Below are positions 12,087-39,085 of a DNA stretch of 64,000 nucleotides, one piece after another. Position 1 is the first letter of the stretch. Each line of letters begins with the position of its first letter. Source of the DNA: Enoplolaimus lenunculus (lineage: Eukaryota); NCBI GenBank assembly GCA_030248215.1, contig JASANG010004128.1:124001-188000 (forward strand), in the 5' to 3' direction. The translations under genes and the position numbers were made by a program. The notes under the pieces are model-generated. The model was given only the letters and a program-made list of their open reading frames with translations, had not been told where the DNA came from and ran no database searches.

Positions 12087-12839
12087 TTATTTAGATGTAT
12101 TCCCACAATTTGGCTTTTTGGCGCGTCACCAGTTCACCGCTTTACCTTAGCAATGTCCATCCAAAATTTATGCTGACTAAAGCACTAACTCAAGATGCAA
12201 CCGAAGTTTTGGTTCCGGTTTGGAAATCCATATTTTTTCTGTCCGGTTAAAGTTGGACTTCTCTGTTTAAATGTCCTGGCACGAAACCGATACCCGTATC
12301 CGGTTTCCAGGTCTGGTATAAACCTGCGGGATACCGGATATTTGCGGTTTTGATCACAAATACCATAAAGCTGCTTTTGACAAATGGACATATTTATTAA
12401 CATCTTGCTGCGATTACTTTTCCTTTCAAGTTTACTTTTTACGAGATTCAATGTTTTCAACAGCGCTCTTATTTACATACTATATCTGGTTCATATTCTG
12501 TTCCCGTGAAAAATTCAATATCCGGTTTTGGTATCCGGTAATTAACATCTGGACGCACCTTGACAAGCAGGTCTGATGCAAGTCAGAAAAAAATCGTGTC
12601 TTGATGATATCAGTCAAATTGCGCTAATTTTTTAATAGTTATTTTTCGTGAATTTTGTGTAGACTGGTAAATATTATACAATTTGCGTTAAAAATGTTTT
12701 TAAATAAAATTAGGGTCACTTAGTACTTGTAGCTGGAGTGTATGACGCACATGCACAATAGCACTATAGAATTGAAAATATAACATTCCACAAAGAGTTT
12801 ACAGTTGGATACATGCCCGATGCAAAGATATGTACACAG

Positions 12840-13090
12840 AAGTGTGCAACCGGAGGTCTGCCTCCGGCTCCGGAAGAAAATCGACCTCCGGCTCCGGCAG
12901 AAAATCAACCTCCGGCTCCGGTTGAATTTGTGCCGGAGGTTTTGGCAATTTCGGTAATGCAATTTTCAATAATTTTGCAGATAATTGCTAAAATTTGCGA
13001 ATTATAAACATCATTTCAAACTACCTAATTTCCCTTCTTTGTTGACCTCCGGCTCCAGCTGCAATATTTTTCTTCTCGGGTTGCACCCTG
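12840..13090. mobile_element. hAT-type MITE (..GTGCAACCGG / CGGGTTGCACCCTG) with 8-bp TSD and internal CCTCCGGCTCCGG repeats
   Basis: TSD GTACACAG/GTACACAA; related fragment at ~14075-14260. Confidence 0.75.
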
Positions 13091-15526
13091 GTACACAACA
13101 TGCGTTGAGCTTTTGTTACAGCCCTTTACTTCTAGGGTAATTATTAAGTTCATTTATTTTATAAATTTTATCATTGTTTAAGACACGTCAGGAATAATAG
13201 AGTTGCCCGATTTATATTTTAAAAAAGTACGTATTTTTCGCCACTCTTCTATAAAAATGGGTGTGGGTAGTTAAAAAGTCAACAAAGCGTGGTACAAATC
13301 TATTGTGTTGCAAAAACGGTAGTTGCTTCCCTCTTGTTTAGCACAATCACCGACTCAAATAAGGTAGTAACCCTTAAGACAAAATATACTGATGTCTATT
13401 GTAGGTACAAGGTGCTCGTTCAGCGTTCCATAAAATATGTAATGTAAAAATAATTCGCTTCTAGAGCGAGGATGTTCGTAAAACAATTAAATCAAATAAG
13501 TGTCCAAATAGTGATATTTATGGACGCTCTAAATGCTATCAGGTTGACCACCATAAATATTTTTGGGGATGTGATAAAATATTTTAATTTTTACCCCCAA
13601 TGTTATGTCGTGTAAATAAGCAATATACTTATACTAGAGTGTAACCGGAGTTGAAAAATACCGAAGCCGGAGTTCAACAAAACACGCCGGAGCTGAAGCC
13701 GGTGTGATGGGAACTTGGATGGCCCATGTATGCAACAAGGCCGGATCGTTTTCCTGTGGGGCTGTAATAGCGTTAGGTGGCCCATATCGCTACAGGCTCC
13801 GATCGTTTCCCTGTGGGGCTGTTTTTTGCTTAGGCTTAGGAATATGCTTATACTACTGTTCCGCCCCGTTCTATGCATGGGTCAGTTAAGTAATTAAAAT
13901 GATGTGCAATTTGTTAATTTTAGTGATTTATGTTGTACTGTTAAAATCGTGTATGGTTTTACGTTTTTTATAAAATCTCTGCAATTTTTTAGTCCAAATT
14001 GAGCCAAAAGTTAAAATGAAACGCACAGAATAGATAAACTTTGTAGAACTATGCAAAACTTCACTACCGAAATTTCCCGAACATCCGGCAGAAATTCTAC
14101 GGAAGACGGAAGTCGAATATCTGCCGGAGCCGAAAACAAACCTGCGGTTGTACCCTCAGGGTACAACCGGGTATGTTTGCCTCCGGCTGCGGCTCCGGCG
14201 GAAAATTGGCCTCCGGCTCCGGTAAAATTTTGGCCAGAGGTTCCGGTAATTTCGGTAAGAATTAAAATTTTGCGTAACTGTTTAGCGCGTTTCGTTTTGC
14301 TTTTGTCACAATTTTCAACAAAGAATTTCCGAAATTTCGCGGAAAATTAGCGTAAAAACAAACAACTTCCAAAACACAATGCAGTGTGCAAACAGAGGTT
14401 AAAAACCGGGGCAGAGTCAACAAGGTTTGCCGGAGCCGGGGATGAAGTGAAATTACTATCAAAGGACACAGATACAAACTTTACAGAACAAAAATATCAC
14501 AATAAAAATTACTAGAACCTTAATAGGCAAAAATTCAACTGCAATCGGATGTCCATTTTCTACCCAGAATTTGATTTTATCCATGCCGAAGCCTTAAAAT
14601 TTATGAAAAAGAGCTTTAAGTACATACTTATAAATGAATGAGAAGCGGAATAACTTCAAAAATTAATAGAAATATTCATTAAACAACTCAAATTCTGGCA
14701 CGTCTGTTACGTTACTGCTTGCTAGCCGCTCAATGAAGACAAGAACAAAGTTTTACCAAAAAACATGAAAAAAGATATAAAAACAGAATATGAAAATATG
14801 TAAGTATCTGGAAGAAATACCCGGATCTCCGCGCAATTTTTATTACATATATATCAATCAATTGCAGCGTATCTGTATGTATATATCAATGAAAAATTGC
14901 AAGATATTTACGTGATTTATTACTGCAATGACCCGAATAAGAGGGGGTGGGACTCAACCCACCCTCCGCCACCCTTCGTTACTGATATTTATCCGGTATT
15001 GCAACTATCCGTTAAATTGTGCATTTGTCTTGTATCAAAAGCTCTTGAGCCATAATACAAGGATATATTTTCGGAATGTACTTTTAGAACTTAAGTATGC
15101 TTTAAAGTTCCGAACTCTACAGTACTGAAACTGAAGCTTGAGTCGAACGACGGAGAATTCAGTTTTAATTTAAGTAGTTGCTCAGAGTACTCTATTTCAA
15201 AAAGTGATAAAGGCCCATTTTCAGTAAAAAATCCGGAAAGTAATGTTCTTATACTATCATTTTACGAAATGGAATAATGTTCGCCCTACGCCTGAAAATT
15301 CTCCAACAGTAAAACCAACGTAAACGGTCAAAAATTGTAAACAATAACAAAATAAGTTCAAGAAGTTGAAATGAGGGCTGCGTATTTACAACAAAAAGTT
15401 CCGTTTCAGATAACGTAATCAAATTCCAAAATGAGAAACGTTTAGGCCCACTGGCAAAGTGGCACAGGATTGCTCTTGAATATAGGCAGTATAGTGCCGA
15501 ATATCAATATAACTTAATGTCAGACT

Positions 15527-15864
15527 CAGGCTGCAACAGGAACTCCGATTCCGATTAGAATTCAAAATTTTGAAATTTTAATTTTTATCTAACTTTTTCT
15601 GATACGTTCCATAAAAAATCTGCACCATTTATTATTAAATTAATTTAGCGTACCGTTCTATTTTGAAAATAAAATGATGGTAGTTCAGTTTTACACAACC
15701 AAAAAGCCATGCCACATTCTTCATGCACCATTTTTGAAAATTGTTGCCAGCCGACAGACACCCTAAATCAATATTTTATTTGTTAATACAAATTATTCGT
15801 ACGGTCATAAAATTTAAAATTTGAATAGTTCCGATTCAATTCCGGTGTTCCGCTTTGCTGCCTG
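15527..15864. mobile_element. hAT-type MITE (CAGGCTGCAAC...GCTGCCTG) with 8-bp TSD
   Basis: TSD GTCAGACT/GTCAAACT; subterminal CCGATTCC motifs; relatives at ~36670-36780 and ~61290-61624. Confidence 0.75.
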
Positions 15865-16361
15865 GTCAAACTAATTAAAGTTTTTACTGAATCAAAATAT
15901 AATCAGATTTGTCTTATCAGACTATTTTTATCCGGATTCAACAGAAAAGTTCTGCAAATACTGCAGCAACAAACTCAATATGCATTCAATTGCTTTCAAT
16001 TTGAGAAATGAACATAATTAGAACAAACTCAAAGTACTTCTAAGCATAGAAAAGACTAAATATTACTGACTGGGTGTAGCAGCATTTTTGCACAAAAATA
16101 ATACTATCGGCTTGACAACTGTCATCTCCAATGAAGCGGCTATCACCTCCTATCTCTCTTGGAGGAATTGGCACCTTAGGGAACCATCGCTATGCGACTT
16201 ATTTTTTCACTTTGTGTAAACGAGATGCAACGAGAATACCTAACAAAGGGTCAATCAAACAAGTGGCGGGATGGAATAAGTACAGTAGCCGCGGCATTGG
16301 TCATTTCAGGTTTTAAACATCACAGACCTTGGCAAAGATGTTAAATATATTTGTAAAGATA

Positions 16362-17180
16362 TCAAAGCTGCTCTTTTTGATGTTGGCAACTTTGTAGTAA
16401 ATGATGTGCAAATGGCGGAGTTGGTGTAGGCTGTGGTGTAGGCAACACTGATGGCGACGGCAACGTCTGCAATTGCATACATGGCTGTAGCTGTATTTGC
16501 GTTTGCAATTGCTGTAGAACCAGTTGTCTTTGAATATCATCTGTTAAAATTTGATTGCTGCTCATAGCAGTCGCACAGTCAAAACTAGAGCTTGCACCAC
16601 TACTATTTGGAAGCCTATTCTGCAACATACTAATCTGTTGTTTTTGATCATTAACAGTAATACTTAAAGCAAGTGCAACATTTTTCTGCAATTGTAGCGC
16701 AGTCGCGTGGCAAGCAATTTGAGCACGTAAATTGTGATTTTCGATTAATAAATCCGTCATGCTGCGATGGCTTTCCGTAGAACTTTCTGTATCGACTTTG
16801 CTTGTGTTCATCGAAATGTAAGACGGTGTATTTGAGCATTCTCTGTGACGAAATAAGTCCGACTCATCATAAAGGCGTTGTAATTGAGCAATCCTTTGTT
16901 CCAAACTTTGCGATAAATGATGATTCTGTTGTTCCTTTACGTGCAGCGCATCTCGATGGGCTGTAATAAGGCCTACTGTACGACGACGCAGCTTTTCCCA
17001 TACAGCCAACACGTCATTTACTTCGGCCGCACTATCAGAACAAAAAACGCCGAAAAGAGATTGCAATTTCTCCGAAAACATATCAATGTCTCGCAAAACG
17101 TCCGAGTCATTTTCGGTTTGGCTGTTTATCTGTGACGACGAAACAGGAGAAGCATCTGATGACAATCTTGATCGCTTCAT
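16362..17180 (-). CDS. Hypothetical 272-aa protein (predicted coiled-coil, Q/P-rich C-terminus), single exon
   Basis: 819-nt uninterrupted ORF in AT-rich DNA with protein-like composition (S-rich N-terminus, heptad-like L/Q/E segments, PTPQPTPTPP). A TTTAAAG acceptor-like site lies 8 nt upstream of the ATG. No family recognised. Confidence 0.6.
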   Translation of the reverse strand: MKRSRLSSDASPVSSSQINSQTENDSDVLRDIDMFSEKLQSLFGVFCSDSAAEVNDVLAVWEKLRRRTVGLITAHRDALHVKEQQNHHLSQSLEQRIAQLQRLYDESDLFRHRECSNTPSYISMNTSKVDTESSTESHRSMTDLLIENHNLRAQIACHATALQLQKNVALALSITVNDQKQQISMLQNRLPNSSGASSSFDCATAMSSNQILTDDIQRQLVLQQLQTQIQLQPCMQLQTLPSPSVLPTPQPTPTPPFAHHLLQSCQHQKEQL

Positions 17181-18899
17181 TGTAAATCCTTTAAATTATG
17201 CTACTATATTGTTAATATTTATCGCAAAATTAAATAAAAAAATTATCATCGGATATATTATTTTTGTCCAGGTATTAATACTACAGGGTCTTTTTGCTTA
17301 CTCCTTCAGCCATATTTCACCCAAACATGGTACGATTTAGAAAATTTTTTGCATATTTCACTTTCTTATGACCTTCCCGGTTCATTTTATACCCAAAATT
17401 GAGTTTATGAAAAATTCTATTTTTTGACATCCCAAGGCCCCTTGGAACCGAAAAAATCGCTCTATAAAAGTTGAACAACATATTTATCAATCATAGCAGT
17501 TTGGGAGACGAGTTGATTGGCGCTAAAACAAATTAACAACATACTAATTTACGACTCATGGTCCGATCAGTAATTTAGTGCCGCCACAAATGATTGGCTG
17601 AGCGCCAAATCACCTTTTCAATCAAAACTTGTAAACCAATGGTCTTATCGCACGATATTTAGCGCCATTCGTCTCAGCGTTGCAAGGATTACATCATGTC
17701 AACATGTGCATTTATTTCGTAAGTTTAATCGATAGCAGTTTTCAGTGTTGTTCAGATGAAGTATCCAAATTCGAATTTTACGCAGAAACAACGTTACAGC
17801 AAATTTGTAGCATCGTAGTGCCTTGGTAAGAAGTACGGTGAGGTTGCCATCGACAGAAAGACGATTAGATCAGATTTTAAAAAAGCTCTTTCCACATAGT
17901 GTATCATGAGCAATTCAGAGCAAACTCTGTAAAATGGGCAGTCCTTACCCGCGCCAACTTTTTATGTGTTAACGTGCAAATACATACGCTAGTAACTAAT
18001 GTAGTGACCCGAATAAGCGGGTGAACTGACATTTTTTGTGTCTCCAGATGGTACCCATGTTATTCGGTTACGGACTGTTATTTATTTTTAACCCGCTCTC
18101 CGTGGTTTCGTTACTGATATATATCGAGTTTTGCAACTAACGGAAACGGGCACAGATTTTTCCGGAAACGGATATCCGGTTACACTCTGGCAAATAGTCA
18201 TCTGATATTCATACTAACCAAATGTTGATACGAACAACGCATGCCGGTGCAAATTATAAAGCGGGGTGTGATGCCATCATTCAGCTAATGAGGGGACGTG
18301 AACTACTTCCAGTAAACTTCCTGATGTTATGTAACGTGATATGGTCTGTTTTACTTCTGGTCATATGCTGTGCAATGTTATACCGGTGCTTCATTTAGTT
18401 GGGTTTCAAATTTTGTTGTTTCTAGTAAACTTTCATGTGTAAAGTTCGCTGGAGCTATAAACGTAAAACGTCATTAAAGCGCAAACTACCAGCAATCTTT
18501 AAAATTACGGTTTAACTTCAATCGCAGGTAGATCTTTTTAGCGCGGGTATACCCGAGGGTAAGAAATTCATATTTATGTGGGTAAAGCGTTGGTCGGGTA
18601 AAAAATCCTTACCCACTTCTAACTCTGGCCATCATGCATCGCGCGTCATAATCATGCAGTGATATTTAACGACTCCAAGTTGAAAGTATGGTGGTTTTAG
18701 TTCCAGCTTGAAAATCAATACGCGATGAAATAAAAACACATTATGTTTATGCAGTAAACAAAGAATGAAAAATTTTGAGTTTTAACCACCACGTTACGTA
18801 TGATTGTAAGGTTTGCTTTAATACAAAATTTCCAGAAATTATTGAATATATCTTCAGTCTGCAAAAGAAAACTAATAGAAGTAAAACAATTGGAATAAT

Positions 18900-20055
18900 T
18901 GAGCGAAGCTCGGAAATTCGCGAAGCGTTTTATATTTTGTACTCTGGGGTCGAAAAGTGGATGGCCTTTCGTCCGTCCGTCCGCAAAGAATCTCGGAAAC
19001 GGCTGAACCGAATTTGATAAACTTTTTTGTTTGAAAGCCAATTATACTGGGGTGTTAACCTCGCATTAGGGTTTCAAAATTTTAAGCCGTTTATTCGCTA
19101 CAGACTAATTTGCATAATTAACCCTAAATTAAGACTTTCTACATTATTTTAATAATTATTACAGTTACAAGCAATCTAATTTCAACATTAAAGGGTTTTT
19201 GGGTGCGAGGAATCTACATAAACTGTTTACGAACCTCCAAAACTGATAATTGAGAAGTTAGCTAATAGATAATTTGCATACTACCATAGTTTATAAGCCT
19301 AAATTAGGACTTTTTACAATATTTAACTAATTATTAAAAGTAATATAATTTCAGCACTAAAGGGTTTTTACGCGCGAGAAATTTGAATAAATTGTTTACA
19401 AACCTCCGAAACCGATAATTGAATAGTTAGGTAATAGCTAATTTGCATATTAGCTTTATTGACAAGACAAAACTAGGACTTTTTAAATTACTGCGATGAT
19501 TATTAGGGTTTGCTGAAGGTTTTTGGGCGCGAGGAATCTGTATAAATTGTTTACAAACCTTCAAAACCGATAATTGACTAGTTAGCTAATAGCTAATTTG
19601 CATAATAGCTTAATTGACAAGACAAAATTAGGACTTTTTCAATATTTAGGGTTTACTGAAGGGTTTTGGGCGCGAAGAATCTGAATAAATTGTTTACAAA
19701 CGTCTAAAACCGATAAATTAGTAATTAGCTAATATATAATTTGCATAGAACCATAATTGATAAGCCTAAATTAAGCGTTTTTGCAATATTTTACTAATTA
19801 TTAGGGCTACAAGCAATCGAATGTCAGCAATAATGGGTGTTTGGGTGCGAGGAATCGGAATAAATTGTCTACAAACCTTCAAAACCGATTATCGAACAGT
19901 TAGCTAATAGCTAATTAGCATATTTGCTAATCGATAAGCCTAAATAATGACTTTTTAAATTATTTCTCAAATTATTAGTTACTGAAGGGTTTTTTAGTGC
20001 AAGGAATCAGAATAAATTGTTTACAAACCTACAAAACCAATAATCGAATAGTTAA
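18900..20055 (+). mobile_element. Helentron/DINE-1-like non-autonomous element with an internal tandem array of ~145-175 bp units (~6 copies)
   Basis: 5' GAGCGAAGCTC..CGAAGCG, then (CGTC)n microsatellite and ATCTCGGAAACGGCTGAACCGAATTTGAT. Followed by repeats of TTAGGACTTTTT..AAGGGTTTTTGGG(T/C)GCGAGGAATCTGAATAAATTGTTTACAAACC..AAACCGATAATTGA..TTAGCTAATAGCTAATTTGCATA. The array is certain; the superfamily is inferred. Confidence 0.6.
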
Positions 20056-20927
20056 AATATCTTCATCCTTACGTTTAGGTTTGTGAATATGCTTATAATG
20101 CTGTTCAGTCCCTGTCCTCATGTTCTTTACATTGGCCAAGACTTAATACGCGTTGCGGTAAATTTGTTGACTTATAAACACGGAAGTATTACTGTGCCTG
20201 TCCTGCAGGATCGGAGTTCGACACAACTGCGTCACGGATAAGGCACGCTACAGTTAATATACACCCCAGCGTACCTGTACCGAGCCTGCACCGCACTGAA
20301 ATACTTTTGAAGGCACAGTCGTTGAGCACGACTCTACGAAAACTAGTAATATGAACCAGCTCGTGAATAAGCAACAGAGTATTTATATTTTACTGTAAAA
20401 TATAAGACAACAATAACGTCAATTTTACAACGTAATAACGGATAACAGTTCCCAGAAGACAAATTATGACAAAAATACATTCTGGAGCTATATCTTTCTT
20501 TCCCTATGGAGAGAGTTCAAGCCCATGACTAAATGAAGAGACAAACCCATTCTACAGCAAGTATGTTTCAAAAATTTTAAGCAAAAAAACAAAATGAAAT
20601 GTGAACATTGAAACTATCATTTAAGCTAATTGACAGACCTAAAGGCTGTGAAAACGACAATGCTGTGTAGAACCCATAGCTAATGCGGGCCGTTGCAACA
20701 GACCCAGTAGCCCATTTTCAGCCAGAAAAAGAACATCAATAGCTCCAGTCAAGCCAAAAGGCGGACCAATGCCTAAAGCACTAAGGATATGAAAAACAGG
20801 ACGTGCGCTATACCGATGCAAAAGCAATAAATTATATAACTGACATGTTTGCAGTTACAATATACCTTGAAAATCTATGAAACCTGAACGATACAAAATC
20901 AAGCGTTTGCAAAATTGTGAAAACACA

Positions 20928-35728
<14,801 letters not shown>

Positions 35729-36049
35729 ACCAGCAAGTATATAACACTGTATTTAACCTAATTTAATCAAATTATAACATAACAATGATGGGATTGAACA
35801 CATAAGTACAATAAAATAATTGTTTCGGTAATTTTATTGCATAAATTTTTGAAGTGTTTTGAACCTGGACTCGTTTTTGCAACCTTTCTCAGTTAGCATT
35901 CGAGCAGACAGGTATATAATACAAGTCCTAGTGGAATTACATGTATTGGGCGAAGGTCGAACATATATACTTATTTTTTATTGAGTCGAGTTAAATATTC
36001 CAAGCTCATAAAGTACAAACGCATATTTTGGCCCGCCTACTTTCTTGTA

Positions 36050-36430
36050 ATAATCATTGAAATTATTTAAAAAGTCCTAACTTAGGCTTATTTTGCTAGT
36101 ATGCTTACTCGCCCTTATAAACTCTTTAATGCTGAAAGTAGATTCCTTGTAACCCTAATAATTAGTAAAATATTGTAAAAAGTCCTTATTTAGGCTTATC
36201 AATTACGCTAATATGCAGATTAGCTTTTAGCCAACTATTCAATTATCGGTTTAACAGGTTTGTAAACAATTTATTCAGATTTCTCGTTCTCAAAAACCCT
36301 TTAGGACTGGAATTAGATTGGTCGTAACCCTAATAAGTAAGTAGTGAAATACACTAAAAGCCCCAATTTAGGCTTAGGAAATTATGCAAATTAGCCTGTA
36401 CCTAATAAACGGTTTAAAATTTTAAAACCT
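36050..36430 (-). repeat. Inverted partial copy of the tandem-array element at 18900-20055
   Basis: AAAAGTCCTAA..TAGGCTTATCAATT..AATTATCGGTTT..GGTTTGTAAACAATTTATTCAGATT is the reverse complement of the array unit. Confidence 0.75.
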
Positions 36431-37913
36431 CAATGAACCAGAATCGAAATTTTTAGATTTAAATGTTATGATTTTTTCAAGTTCTATTCGCAAAACCAAA
36501 TAGGTTTTATTTCACATTTAACACAGTATTTTGTCAGTGTAAGTTTGAGTGGCAAAGCATAATTCTCCAAATTACGTGGTTTTTCAATTAATTTTCCGTC
36601 TTTTTAATTGTCTCAAATCAAGGTGGAACATAAATTTAAACATGAAATAATTGATGGAAAAACGCATGTCACCGGAAATACCGGAATTACGGCATCGGAA
36701 TCACACTCGTTGGGAATCGGAATTGGAATGCAAATATTTTCGGAATTTAAGCCGGAATCGGACAAACAGTATGAGCTCCCACTGCTATATTTATCCTAGC
36801 AAAGTAATTTAGGCACAAATCCGCGGTATAAACAATAAACAAAAGAATTATATTTCGATAAGGCAACGTTAATATATCTCAAACTTTTCTAGAAATCTCG
36901 TTTTGAATGTATTTGATGAGCAATGCAGAACTGTTTCTTATATCGTATTATTAATATCGTTGACATATTACCTGGGAAATCTCAAAAAAAGAAAACTTTA
37001 CTATAGCAACAAAATTGAATAGGGAACGCACCAAGAAAATAACAAATATATCTATAGGTTTCACCGTAATTTTCTTAGCCCACCAAGACCTCAAACACAG
37101 CCGGTGAGCACGAATGAAAAAAGCCTCGGATAATCTAGCTGCGCCTTAAATTATTTAAAGTCTTAGCTTTGATTCGACCGCATTTTTGAAAAATGGTTCC
37201 GCGGTTTCTCACAATCATCCGCTGAATATACTTTCTTACACCTTTCATACCAGACCCCAAACCTAAAGCTACTGCACTACAAGAATTGCAGTGCTTTTGT
37301 AAACGCTGCGCTGTTATAAACTGTTCACGTTGCAAAATTACGGAAGGTAGAAAATTATAGGAACTGATCTATTCCTTAGCCGTGCTTAATATTTAAGCTA
37401 GAGAAGATGGCTGAAAGATGTCCGTAGAGACCGTTGCAGGCCTACCTCGCCCAAAAGTAGTTTTGGCCTTCTTGAGTTTCGATTTACAATGAACTGCTCG
37501 AAAATCCACATTTAAAAATAAGAGATGACGTTCTAGTGTAAAAACAGCGCAACAAGTCGCAGCTAAACCACGTGTCTGTAAAATAAAAGGGGCGTAACGA
37601 GTAAAGGGCGGGTAGCAAACAATGACAAAAATTGGAAACAATGCACATGAATATATTATAAATCTTCAGACAGGTGCTCGTATATTGGTCGTCCACGTTA
37701 CTGTCTGTGCTACTGTAATAAAAGGCCACACACTTGGCTGCAATGTGGTACAAAACAATATTGTTCTTATAATATTAGGAGTTTAACAGCGAGTAAATAA
37801 GCGTGTTTTGGCGGTTATTGGCATACGTGGCGTAGCACGTGCATGTGCATTGTGTGCTTAATGTATTCGCATACACACACGTGTACATACAGTACTAGGG
37901 AAACTTATGCATT

Positions 37914-38520
37914 CGGCCGCATGGTGTAATGGATAGTGCGCTTGACTCGCGAGCTAGAGATCTGAGATTCGATTCCCGGCGTTGCCGTATGTTTCGGAGA
38001 CATTGACGGGGAAAACCATGTGTTTTCACAGTACTTCTAGGATAGGAATCGTCCCGCGTGCAGTTATGTCAGCGGTAATCCAGTGTGTAACGGATAGTAA
38101 AAATAACGGAAATGGAAACGGAAAACGAATACTGAAGTATGAAAGTTTAAAAATGTTTTACTTTTTTGCCAACACAATTCGAGACGTACATATTCACTGG
38201 TTTTTCAAAAATTTGAAAACAGGCGGACGCATTGAAATGTTTAAGATTTTGGATAAATTTCATAATTTTTATTTCGCTTCAAACAATAGTAGCATATCTA
38301 CAACGAAAAATTGTGAGTAATTTAGTATATATTTACGTTGTTGAACTTTAAACACAATTTACGCTATTTCTAAAACAAAAACGGATACGAAAGCGGACGA
38401 CACCGATTTCCACCGGAAACGGAAAGGGAAACGAATATCAGGTTACATCCAGCGGTAGTCCCTTCGGAGGGAGTCAGGACCATGTGGACACTGTTTGGAC
38501 ACAGTGTCGGAAATGTGGGA
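37914..38520 (+). mobile_element. tRNA-derived SINE (head 37914-37987) interrupted by a MITE
   Basis: Pol III A-box TGGTGTAATGG and B-box GATTCGATTCC, but the anticodon and acceptor stems pair poorly. The body continues past the MITE with a CCCTTCGGAGGG hairpin. Confidence 0.6.
38081..38452. mobile_element. hAT-type MITE (ACGGAAACGG family) with 8-bp TSD, inserted in the SINE
   Basis: CGGTAATC|CAGTGTGTAACGG ... GGTTACATCCAG|CGGTAGTC; relatives at ~39165-39565, ~48675-49024, ~7405-7450 and ~18140-18189. Confidence 0.78.
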
Positions 38521-38604
38521 CAAAAAGAGCTCGCACACAGCATCGGGCTCTGACAATATTAAGAGTTCGGTTGGACAGATTGTATAATCGCTGAACGAAT
38601 GTAA

Positions 38605-38850
38605 GGCAGTTCATCACCCGACAGCTTGTCGACCGATATTTCGTCTCTCCACATCTCTTCGACTCTGACAACTTGTCGGTCCCGACAATTCGTTGACCTG
38701 ACAACTTGTCGGTCCCGACAATTCGTTGACCTGACAACTTGCCGCCTTCCAGTAAGGTACGACAATTCTTCAAAACGAGTTGTCTAGTGACAAGCCGTCG
38801 GGGTCGACGAGTTGTCATGACGACAAGTTGTCGGGTATGATGAGTTGTCA
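38605..38850. mobile_element. Palindromic MITE-like element of GACAACTTGTC motifs with an internal 33-bp tandem duplication
   Basis: CTGACAACTTGTCGGTCCCGACAATTCGTTGAC occurs twice in tandem; the ends CATCACCCGACAGCTTGTCG and CGACAAGTTGTCGGGTATGATG are inverted. Confidence 0.65.
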
Positions 38851-38894
38851 TGGCTATCAGCCCATAACACAATCAAGGAGTATGACGATGACGC

Positions 38895-39085
38895 TGTTAC
38901 GTGGGCGGTGAGGTGTTTAGGGCATGTAGGAGGAGGAAGTAGTATATATATATTTGTTACCTGAAATATGTGGGCGTAAAGGAGTATATATACGAGATGC
39001 AGTCAGTAATTCTTGAGTTTTGTTTGCGGTTTCATTTTAATAAACTTGTGCAATACAACAGATTTTTGGTGTTCAGATGTTTGAT
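38895..39085 (+). mobile_element. Probable LTR (38895-39060) with degenerate primer-binding site
   Basis: TGTT...AACA ends, internal TATATA and AATAAA, then TGGTGTTCAGATGT..GAT, which resembles a tRNA-Leu-type PBS (TGGTGTCAGAAGTGGGAT). No second LTR or gag-pol seen. Confidence 0.45.

Noticed and set aside
12720..14350. Proline-rich ORFs (PPAPAEN repeats) at 12813-13007 and 14051-14350
   Set aside because: Translations of the CCTCCGGCTCCGG subterminal repeats of MITEs.
10666..16300. Additional tandem C-terminal modules as in C. elegans unc-49A/B/C
   Set aside because: No second set of loop C/M1-M4 exons could be found downstream of the stop codon.
19100..20055. CRISPR-like periodic repeats
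   Set aside because: Units are long, diverged and contiguous with no unique spacers; eukaryotic context and no cas genes.
37914..37987. Functional tRNA gene (also 55714-55787)
   Set aside because: A/B boxes are present, but the acceptor and anticodon stems do not pair; treated as SINE heads or pseudogenes.
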